Source: Laetmonice hystrix
Taxonomy: Eukaryota
Length of the DNA stretch: 64,000 nucleotides
Assembly (NCBI GenBank): GCA_965235115.1
Contig: OZ249436.1
Span: forward strand, 40,302,001-40,366,000
Reading direction: 5' to 3'
The notes under the pieces are model-generated. The model worked only from the letters and a program-made list of their open reading frames with translations, did no database searches and was not told where the DNA came from. Each line of letters begins with the position of its first letter. The first letter of the stretch is position 1. Both the position numbers and the translations under genes were made by a program. Below, in pieces: positions 41,601 to 53,600 of this stretch.

Positions 41601-44600
41601 TTCCTATCCGGGAGCGAGGCTCCAGGATTTCCTCATCTATCCACCTGTGGAGGGTGTCGTTCATTTTCCTGAACCGTTTGGATTCTATGCAACTCACCTC
41701 CTTGTAGAGCTTGCCCTGTTTGAACAACCCCGTTCTGGCATTGTTATTGACGACCTCTTTCGTAGTGAAGATTGTTCGCATTGCTTTCGTAATCGCCTCA
41801 TTGCGGTTATTGTCAAAGTCCCCCGCATAACTGTGTGGAAAGAAGGAATCATATGAGTCACCTTTTCTCATTGAGTCACCTCGTTTTGCCCTTTTCCCCT
41901 TTCCTTGAGTTTTGTCATTGTTTGTGACATCAGCCATCGGATTTTTGGGGTTAGGGAAGCTTTTAAAGGAGCGGACAGGTACAGATTTTGCAGCATGCCA
42001 CGCCTGGGGTCCTCCCCCACCACGGGCAAGCCGGTAACGATGCCTAGCCATGCAGTCATCAATCGTGAAACAGTTGAGGAGATGGTTCGACCTGGACCTG
42101 TTGGTCAACTTGATCTCATCATCCCCGGGCGCAGTTGACGACGGAGTTTGTTGCGTCGTCTGTGACGCAGAGCGTTCACTATTAGGCGTGGGGTCCAGAG
42201 AAACGCTCCTCACGTCTGCTGACAGTGACGTCATGTCTAGGTCGTCATTGGATTGCGTTTCATGTTTGGAATTCCTACTGGCCGGCTGGTGAGCGCGGGA
42301 ACTTCGTGGGACAGGCATTCTCCTGAAACCTGACTCTGTGTACGGAGACCCCGGCGGACTATACTTCAGGAACACGAGCCTCTTCTTTTTCTTACCAGAG
42401 GGCGTCATGATCACGATGTTTCTGTCGTCGTTGACGTCTCCACGCCAGCTGTCGATACGCGACGCCTGGCTGTCAGTCATGGTGTCGTCTGGGTGGCAGT
42501 CCCAGTACTCGGAGCAGTCGTCAGGGGGCAGTGCGGGCGTAGGTCTGAGGTGTTCGCGGGTCTGAGTGGCGTACTCTCCGGCAAGATTGGCTTCGATCAG
42601 GGGCTGGAGAACCTCGAGGTCAAACTGGTGGGGTAGACCACCCACGGTCTTCATGTTGATGTTGCTGGCCCCCTCTCAGTGGGAGTGATGGACGTATACA
42701 GTCCTCAGTAAACTGCAACAGTTAGAGGAGTTTGGGGTCAGGGACAGTAGCAGGCTTTCTTTTGGACTGCTCAACATTTTGATCTTTGAGACTGATTGTT
42801 TCATAGCAAAAACACAAGGAAGATGTCAAGTAACAAAATTAATTTGTAGTATTTTTGCTGATAATGTAATGATTTAGGAGTCTTATTTTGATTTAGTGTT
42901 GAAAGATTACACCCTGCAATAATAAAAGATTCGATCAAGAGGCTTTGAGGTGTACCGTTTGTCCCTGTATTCCTCGTGTCTCTCGGCCGCAGGTTAACAT
43001 CTAGTACATTTTTATAGTATACAATGTAGGTGCGTTTTCTGGCATGTTATCCCAAGATGTCAAACTGTAGCGTAACCCCGGCACCGTAGTGATAGCATGT
43101 AAGGTGACAAGGGGAAACTACTCCCTGCAATCAAGGGCAAGGCATCCTGGTAGTCTGCCAGCTTCACCCGGCTCACAGACTGAGCCAAACAAATGAAATA
43201 TTCAGGCGGTCGACAAGGTAATGTTCTGGATGAGCCATGATACATCATGAAAGATCAGAGGAACTTGTCTCCGTAATGATAGTCCGTGGGAGGGAAATAC
43301 ACCGATGGTATTTACAACAAGGGATTCTGTCTATGATACATAATGAATAATATATGTTGTCTGTATGTGTATGTCGTCACCATATACACGTATCGCCTTC
43401 AGGAGAGCTTGTTGTTTTTTTGGTTTTTTTGTGTGTTTTCTGGGCAGAAAGAGTTTGAATGTGAATCATTGGTAAGTTCACTGTTCGGTCCATTCCTTGG
43501 CTATTAAAACCTTGTAACCATCGTGCCAGGCGACCGAAATCAGTTTCTGATTGTTAGAATACCATTACATCAGCATCGGTCAGTGGTTAGTTTAGGTGGC
43601 GATATGGGAGGGTGGGGGGGGGGTGCAAAATATGGTCACCCAAAATAACTCAAGCGTGTGGGGTAAACAGAAACGCATTGTCACCAACGCCATTTAGTGT
43701 CCAGGTAGTAAGTGCTTGGCTTTATAGGCGAGTCGGTCAGGGTCTGGCGGATACAGCCCATGAATCACGCCCAAAGAGACTTATATACAGAGGTAGTATT
43801 GACACAGGTACATGTTTATGCTCGCAGTCACTGGCCAGAATTGGCCATATTAGCTAGAATTATGTACCTAGCCAGTGGAGTTCATACATTGTACACCGTA
43901 TCCTAGTGTATACCTGCACATATTCTCCTGAGTGTAGCTTAACGCGTTAATAATACCTAAGATCTGTTGATATCGAGATAATTATGAAGAAAATCTGGAA
44001 GGTTCCTTGAGGGTTTTCACTTGAAGTTTTTCTCATTTAAACTATTTGGACTGGTTCAGACTGTTACGGAATGGACCAGTGAATGTTTTAACATAGGACC
44101 ATGTGACAGCCTAAAAGCTCATTGCGATTTTTATAACGGCAGTTTTAGCTATGCGTTAATGTAATAATGAGCAGTCTGAATACAGTCTGTTACTATAACG
44201 TGATCGGTTTTAGCATTCCAGTACTAACATAGATGACCTCTATGACAGCTGATATACAGGTGAAACCACCGTTATTATTACTTTACATTTTCGGTGGCAC
44301 TGCATATGGCTCCGATATAACAACTGATTTACATATTAAGCTATATACCATAATAAAAATATTATTAACACTTTATATTTTTGGTGAAAACAACTGCTTT
44401 ACAATGGCTAATCATAAAAATGGCACAGATATTTATAAACCGGACTGACTTCCACAGTAACCAGCTTTTAAAGGTTCATGTATAAAAACTTGCATAACAA
44501 ATTTATAATTACACCTCCTTCAAAGGCATGACTTACCCATTCCATATTTGTTGGCATGAGTTAATTCTCATAGATCCAATAGAGTTGACTATTGAAGCAG

Positions 44601-47600
44601 AACTCCTGAACACAGGAAGATCTCAGACCACCGGGATCTGCGTGACGTTCACGTCTGTACGAGCATGTACAGTCGTCCAGGCTTGGCTGCCAGCGCGCCA
44701 CCACGCGTCTTAACAGCCCCTACTCCTTCCCGAGATTGTAGCTCCTCTATTAGTGTGAGAAATCGACCAGCTCATGGTTTGATGACTACAAGGCACAGTC
44801 CAGCGCCAGGCGGTGAGGGGCGCCCCCTAGCGGCAGAAGAAGTAATCAATGTCTCCTCTTTGAGTGGACCGTTGCCATCAGGCGGAATCCCACGCTCTCT
44901 TCAGACCAACGCTTCGCTTGATCACAGAGATCGTAGCAAAACACCTCAGTTGACCGGATGCCACCGGTTGCTATGTGCCTTGAATATAATTTCTCAGATC
45001 GATAGATGAATCTTGATAATACTTTCCTCAGGCAGGTACTGGGCCGTCGACCTGTAATTATCCCCGCCTGAATTGAACAGTATACCTGTACACAGTACCA
45101 GGTACCAGCTCTGTATCTCTAATAGTTGCCTAACACCACAACCGATGTATGGCTTCACTGAACCCGTGATAAATCGATGGACTGATGACCGGGCGCATCG
45201 GTAGACTTTTTTTTAACGGTTATTAACCGTTGAAAATTGTTAGCGCCTGCAGCAGGGCCATAGTCAAGGTGTATTGATCAATTCAAGCGTTTTAACCTCT
45301 CCTTCAACGCTGATCATTTTCTCTTGCTTTAAGATAGTCTAAGGTTTTTCTTGGCATCATACCCGATCTGCCGAAGGTAGAATTAATCCGTTTTGTCTGA
45401 ATAAGAATAAATACATTGACCTCTAGGAGCGCATATGTAATATGTAAGTGCCCTCTGTCTGAGCCGGGCATGATAAACGTCACGCACCGTTGCGCTCTAA
45501 TACAGGCGGCAAGCTTTTATCAGGCTATAGTGCGTTCAGATTGATTTTAAACTAGATGGATATATCACTGGTAAAACGTCCTGTACCCGTATTTAGTATT
45601 CAGGATTTTTTTTACCTAATGCTTTTGAGCAGATTCCATCATGACTCATGGTACTAGTGTTTAATGTTTGTGATTTGGAAACGAGGGTTAATGTATTCCT
45701 CAGTATTAATCAAACCCTGCCATGAGGTAAATATATACGTGAGGTCGTAGTCTATAACATTATGAGGAGGTTTATCTGAAAACGGCTACATGAGATGAGA
45801 GTTCGTGGTGATTGAGTGTTTAATAAGATATAAGATATAAATTACTTACTCTGGTCAGATGGCTACTTAAGTCAGATTGGAGGTACGTATATGTCTTTGC
45901 ATGTCCATGGCTTGCATGGGACGATCGTTTTGAGGTGTAGTATGTACTAGAATTCTAGGTCCAATAGCTGAAAGCCCTCGGTTTGGAGCCTTTTCTGCTA
46001 TACACAAGTGATCATACAAATGCTCAAGCTGTGGGGGAGCAGTGAATAACACTAACTGATTAGGGATCGTTAGCTGTAACTGGGCCAGGACCTCTGTACT
46101 TGGGAGGACGGAAGATGTTGAGAATAGTACAATTCAGTAAAATGACGCCTCTCCTCAATAAATCCACAAAGGTGAGCTTTTAAAAATCGTAGGAGTCGAA
46201 CGTCCATTAGGTGGTTAAACCTGCGTTAAAATCCGAGTGTCTGAACTAGAATAGCTTACTGGCAACTTTAAACTTAAGTAGGCCCTGCCACGTATGGATA
46301 ATTTCCATTGGTTCGCGGCCAGAAACGGTGGTACCAGAGAGGGACCACCCTAGTTGAACCGCTCTCATTGGAGTCAAGAAACCACAGGCGGTCGTGACGA
46401 CACCTAATTCTCCATGAACTAAGTTATGTTTGTTAACCTGTCAACAAAATTCACTCATGGCTTTCAATAACCTATAATAACCAAGACGTTTCTGGAATTT
46501 CGTTTGACATGCTTGAGGACTTAAAAGGGAATGACCGCTCTGCTCAAGAAACATCTTGCTCAGGCATGAGATATTGCTAAAAAAAAGAAACATCTTGCTT
46601 AGGCATGAGATATTGCTAAAAAAAGAAACTTCTTGCTCATGCATGAAATATTGCTAAAAAAAAGAAACTTCTTGCTCAGGCATGAGATATTGCTAAAAAA
46701 AAGAAACATCTTGCTCAGGCATGAGTTTCGAGACGGTTTCTGAAGGGACCTTTTCACATTTGAGGGATTAAGATTTCTGACATTACCAGAGAATTAAACC
46801 TGCATGCTTCTCGCCAATTTGACGAATTAGCCTAATTCTTAAGTAATGTATTATTTAATCCAATTTAAAAAGTCCTTATAACAGATAAATGTAGCATAAA
46901 CAGCCACACATTATTGTGGAAACCGGTACTTGAATATCATTCCATACAAGCGTAACGATAAAAAGTTTCAGTAGCCATATTTTCCGATGTAATGAGACAT
47001 TCAGTATCAGCAAGATGTCGCCTTCATCCTGTTCTTTCTCTAGTCTTTCTCTAGCTTGGTACAATGATCAATAATCACAGCAGACTTGATCTAAAGCTAG
47101 CTGTACACTCGGTAATTTCTGTTGTCTCAACAGAATGACTCAGTTTGTAGGAACCGGAAAGGTTGTATGTCCCTTTTTAACAATCTGGTTTTTAGCAGAA
47201 GGCTGTGGTCGCAATTCCTTAGGAGAGTTTGCGACGGTTAAAGTTTCCTGCCCTGTTAAGCTGATTTTAGGTAACATACAAATGTTGAGGGGTTCGAACA
47301 TGCGACTGGGCGGTTTCTACCTGTATGTTAATCCATTATTCTAAGGAGGAGATTAGGATAAAAGGCTGCTGAGGCATTGTGCAGAGGACCTGAAAAGGCG
47401 GCATGTACAAACAACCACAGGGGGGCAGTCAGTCAAAGGGCTGTCGACATAGCAGGAACAGGAGGCTCAACAAGTCCACATGATGAGAAACTATTATGAC
47501 CTTGTTGAAAGCCGTGTCAGTCATCAAACACAATCACAACCACCCCCACCCACTTTGTGGTATGAATGCATACATACTTTATACATTATGATGGGAAGCA

Positions 47601-50600
47601 ACACACCCCTTCCCACAATGCCAAACCCACGTAGGAGAAAATATCAGGCCTCGGGGAAAGGGGGGGGGGGGCAAACCATAACTAGAGTAGCAGCCGTTTG
47701 TATATAATGGAGGGAGAAATCACCAGATTACTATAATATGCCTGCCTCTGACCAAGAATGATTCAAGGTCGCAATCTGTTTTCAACCACTGAACCTGTCT
47801 TAATTAAGTCCAATCCAACTTGTTGAAGGAGAGCCGCACCGTGAAGCGGGGTAAATACCGATATAAGTATCCATGAGCTTGATTGCTTGGTCAGTGAAAT
47901 TCCTTACGGAAGCAATCTATGAGGTAACTTGATTACAACACTTCAGGGCATTTTAAATGTTTTAAATCCTTTTTCAAATTACCGATGTTTAACTGATCTT
48001 GAGTGATGTTATGCATTTACCTGAATATAAAGTCACAACAGAAACAGTCTTGTACAGGAAGAAAAAATACAAGAACTCTTACCTTGGTCTGAGTTTTCCT
48101 GTGAGAGCAGTAAGACGAGCTCATAGGTTCAAGAATGATTATATGTAACGAACAGCTGTAGTATATTCCCAGAGAGAATAAAAGGCAGAAATAGGTGATG
48201 TTTCGATGTTGACTAGTAATCCAGGTGTAACTGTTGCCGCATACTAGTAAACTCTACCTGATCTAGGGAGCCTTTCCTCGAACAGGCAAGTGTGCGTATT
48301 GTTTCATCATGCAATTCATTAAGTTACTGGTACAAAGCCAGTGGCAACTCCGCAAGGCCTGCTAGGGTAGATTTTTTTGCTTACCTTTTCGATTGTTAAG
48401 TACCTTCGTCACGCTTCGTATGGAGCTGTCCGCAAACGTACCCGTAATTCATAAAAGCTGATTAGATTACCAGGCGTTAATTAGTGTGAAACGGACCTTT
48501 GAAGCGTTAACTATTCAGTCTAAGTACCGGTAAGACTTCTGACCAGTTTATACTCGGAACGATCTTAACTTATTCTAATTAGACCGTATAATTCCAGGTT
48601 CACTGCAGCGTATTCGGTTTCGCATTCAGTAGGGATTAATTTTTCTCGAGAGATTATATCCCAATACAAAATATACTGCATTTTATTGGGTTGTTTTTTC
48701 TAAGTGTTTGTTTTATAGCTATATTTTTTTATGGGAAATAGGTTCATTAGGGAAGGTACGGGATTTTAAGGAATCTAACAGATGGCTTTATTTTAATCTA
48801 ATAAATATATTCCAATAATACAGACTAACTCAGGAAGAGCCAGAGCTGCATTCTTATACGATCAAACCACCGGGAATTCCTGACACTGTTGCCAGTTGCC
48901 AGTAGCTATCTTTTTGATCTCATTAAAAATGATTACATGCATTTTCTTTTGTAGTTTGTGCGGTACTACTGGTCCTTGCTCCCAGCATTTGCTGTCATTC
49001 AGGTGTTTATGTCATTGTCCTGGCAACTCAAGCAGTTGGACGAAGAAGGTAGATAAAGACAAACATTTGTAGTGAGATTGTAAGGTTATTTGATTTTAAC
49101 AAAATTTAATAAAGTTTTGGTAATGCACGAATATTTGTCTTTAATAAAAAATGGGGAGACTTCTTTAATTTGAAGTTATCCGAAAATTGAATCGGATTGG
49201 AACTTTATATTATGTTTTTAGGTCTTGCAGTGAGCTTTGCTGCAGCACATGCAAGATGGGCCCAACCCTGGCGGGTTGTACCGCTAGGTTTGCTGCTACG
49301 GTTTATGCTAACGTGAGTAGGCGTAAATATTAAAAAACCTCAATCATATCTCAGCTGCTACAATACCCGAATCGTTAGAAAGGAGTGCGGTAGCATATTT
49401 TTATCAATGCCTTCCTTTAATATTGCTACAGATTTCTCCTAACATCAGTGATAGTATATTAATATATTGATGTCCCAGACATTTGAATTCACATAATGGT
49501 TTTAGTCTGTGTTAGTAATTTTGTTGCCTCTGTTTTTATGACCGTTACAGCTGATTGAGGCGTAGTAGCAGATTGTAAGACTTTGATATTCGTTGACAGG
49601 TATCCTGAAGAAGCAAGTATCGCCAACAAGATTGGCCTGCCAGTCGATGACACAGCCACGCTTACAGAGATGGGTATATGGCTGCCCGCACTGCCAATCT
49701 TTCTCTACCTCACTGCATATGCTGTGGTCGAACTCTACTCCTACATCCTCCAGTTTAACGTTCAAGTTATGTCGCAACTATGCAAAGTGATATTTAAAAG
49801 GTCAGTTATGTTTGGAATGGTATTTTGGCGTGAATATGAGTGTAAATGTGGTAATCATGAAGGGATCTTTAAGATCGGCGGGGTATGTGACTGAATCTCC
49901 CAAATGCAGTGTTCTTATAGCTACTAATCGCCTGTTGCCATAATGATCGACCTAACCCCTGGAGTACAAAGTGTTATCGGTATATGGTACCCACTAATAG
50001 GATCATCCCTATATCTAAAGGATAATCCGAGGAGACATTGAGTAAATACCCCCTTTGGTAACAATAGGTGAGGGGGATAGACATCTGCACCGACTGGAAT
50101 GTCTCATAATCCTTACATATTTATTATATGGATTTCAAAATCTTTGAAATGTTGTTTGCCAAGGGTAGCGAAGGGCGAGTTCTAACTGGGACATACATGT
50201 ATATATAACCCCAACCCCTTCAATAGCATGTTCTTCTTTATATTATATACATTCGACCATTGTGCTGACGGTCTGAAACTATGTCAAGAATATATCCCAA
50301 TAGTCTTGATTATGTAGTAGTAGTAGTAGCAGCTCTTTATTCCACAATCACATTACATGTATATTTACATGTACATTCAGTTTGAATCATATAACATTAT
50401 AAATAGTTTGTGATGATTGAGAAAAGGATCTGAAGCATAAGCTTATGAATCCCTAAATCATTCTAGAAAAGTGTATAAGTAGATTTCTGTGTTTACTTTA
50501 ATGTGTGTGGTATATTTGCTGCTCTATAAACTCAAATTATAACGTTCTTTAAACATATTTACAATGTATATGTTGAGCCGACGCTCGCACCCCCACTCAC

Positions 50601-53600
50601 ACCCTACCGGTACTGAACCAACCAACTCACACATTACCCTTATATTCGACTGTTTGTCCTCCAGTTGCTGCCTGTCCGTGAGAGTAGTTCAAGGTTTTGT
50701 GGTCATCGAATACCTTACCCTCATGGCGGCAGTGGTTGTTGCAGCCACCATGTGCGGGACGCTCGGCATGGTCCTAGTCCTAGTAGTGTATAAATTCAAG
50801 GTACATTTTTAATACTAGAAAAATCCATTCATTTTGTGACTATTAATAAACGTATCTGTATTTGTACAAGAATAAATGACTAAAAGTATCTTACTCTTTG
50901 GGTTGGAGTAGTGTTGGTACTTTCTCCACTTTAAAACATTTGTTATAAATTTGACAAGGAACTGTTATATCACGTACACTTTGTTCTACATTTCCGTGTC
51001 ACACTCCTGTAGGAGATTGAGGGTATATTTTCACCCACTCTATTTGTAAGCAATTCTTATATATTGATATTGTCATTATTTCCGTTGTTTGGCAGGTAAT
51101 ATCCAACTCTATCTGGGCCAAGGAGTCGGAGGACAAGTTTGGGGCCTGGGGTTGGAACCGCTATCATGTCAACTTTACCCTGCTGATTCTCATCATTCTG
51201 ACTATTGCACTGAATGGACCAACTCTCATCTACTGGGTTAAAAGTCTCAAGTGAGTCTCATTCTATCTCTAATTATTGTAGTTAATTCGAACCCCCACCT
51301 CCAGTTTACAGGGTGACACAAAATGAGGTAATTGGTGTCATCAGGGCTCTCGATGACCCGAGGTCTCGGGTCAAATACGCACGAAGTGTGTAGTCTGACG
51401 CACAATAAAAACCAGCAGGAGTCAGTGCGACGCACGAAGATTCCCCCAATTTTGACCCCCAGACTAGAGAATGGTATGCTGGGTTACAACCCTTCACCGC
51501 AAAAGGCATGCATAATGACTGAAATAAATAAAAACGCTCTCGTCGAGTGGCCAATTTCATTATCTACATATGAGCACACTCAACGCATGCATTTGACTCT
51601 TCAAAGTTGTGAACTGACCATGTTTGACCCCTGACTTTTGAGGGTTGACCCCTCAAAAAAATAGACAGAAGTCTCTGACCCTTCTACTGAAAACTCCAGT
51701 GAGAGCCCTGTGTCATTGACTGGACTTTCACACAGGTAGGCCTATCACATAATGTCTATTTTTGAAATTGTTCAATTTTTACCTCCGCTTAATGAATCTA
51801 CGCAGAAAAGATTCATGTCAATTCATATCGGTGGAAGTGGGTACATTCGTTTGTACTTTAATATTTTATCTGTCATACTGTCACTCCTCAGGAGGAATCT
51901 GTCATGCCACCTGTGTTGTTTTCCAAAAGCCGAATTTGTTTTGACCCAGTTGCTGACTGACCCACTTGGCTGTGGGCCAAATGGGTCGGTCTGATATCCG
52001 ATGATGCAGGCACTGTACTCCGGGTGCCCCAGCTGTGTCATTCTGGCTGATTTGACTGCCACTGTTGTTGGGACCTCTCTCGGGGTTTACATCCAGGGTC
52101 TGCTGACCTATATAATGCTATATACCGCTAGCAGTTGTGTATTCCGCGGAACGCCCATTCCAGGGAAATTTGCATTGTACAGGCCGTCATTTCATCAGCC
52201 GACATACACAGCCTGGGTCCTTTTCACCTGGAAACTAATTTTCCCCGCTAGGATATTTAATTGGCCTCTGCCTCTGGCCCGGACCCTCGGCCCGCTATCA
52301 GATATGTCACACAGGGTCGACCCTGAAAGGATAAGCATCGAGAACTGTCATTTATTGCACCAGAGAGTCAAGGGGAGCTACAAGTTGGACAAGTGTCACA
52401 CATTGACTTGTGGTCAAGCACCACTGATGATAGGACAGATCTATTCATTGGCCTGCTGTGTACGTGTATGTGAGGCATGACACTGGACCCGGAGGTCGCA
52501 CTGACAAAAGAGCCACCTCATAATCACTAATAATAGTGACAACTGACAAGGCAGTTATTCCCTGCCTGCTGAACAGCAGAAGGAGCGATCATTATTTCCG
52601 TGAACCTTTCCTCAGTCTTCAATAACTCCGACACTGAAGACACAATATATTGAACTTGAAGTGCATCATGTGTGCCGAGTCGTCCTACTATGAGGACAAC
52701 CAATTCGACCACCTGCTCAAGTTGGTCATGTTGGGAGACGCCAACGTTGGGAAGACAAGCCTTCTACGACAGTTCACACAGGGCACATTCTGGGGCAACT
52801 ATGCGTGTAACATTGGGGTGGAATTCTTCACGAAGACAGTGTCCATCGACGACAGCCTGTGTAATGTTCAGCTGTACGACACTGCCGGCTGCGAACGCTA
52901 CCTTCACGTGACAAACTTGGTGCAAGGATATCTGAAAGATGCACATTGTGTACTAATTGTCTATGATGTCACGGAACGTGCCGCTCTGCAGGGACTGCAG
53001 TTTTGGTTGGATATGATATACCAGTACAAGCACTTGTTTGACCCATGTTTTGCCACTCTGTTAATCGGAAACAAGTGTGATCTTGAAGAGCAACGAATTA
53101 TTGAATACAGTGAAGCCAAAAGTTACGCTGACCAAAAAGACTTGTCAGTCATGGAGACAAGTGCTAAGTTGGGAACGAATGTGGAATTGGCTTTTATTAA
53201 AGTCATGGCACATTATCTCAGAAATAACATCAAGAAAACTTCATTGAGTCATAAAAAGGATGTTATCAAATTAAAGAGTGACTCCCATCCTGCTACCAGT
53301 AGCAGTTATTGCTGGCGATGACATATTATAGCAAACGCGAACTCCTGCCGATATCAGGCCCATAAAGGTGTCTGGTCAGTTTATTCCTGTTAGAATCGGG
53401 AAAATGGGAAGAAAATTCGATGATCTCTGTGTTCTCGAAGTGATTATAAGTTTGCTATTATAGTTGTCACAGTCGATAATTAATACGATGTGCAAAGGGC
53501 TAAATACTAAAGTGGAACTGACCTGCTTGAAATCTTGAGATATATTAATGTCATTTGTAATTTGTGATGTTCACTAAACAAGCCTGGTGCTTTGTTTAAT

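Noticed and set aside
52001..52480. 159-aa ORF upstream of the Rab-like gene
   Set aside because: No recognisable motif or splice context; more likely promoter or 5' UTR sequence.
51250..53321. PGAP1-Rab fusion protein via the acceptor at 52615
   Set aside because: Phase-2 splicing gives aat ctt caa taa, a stop after three codons.
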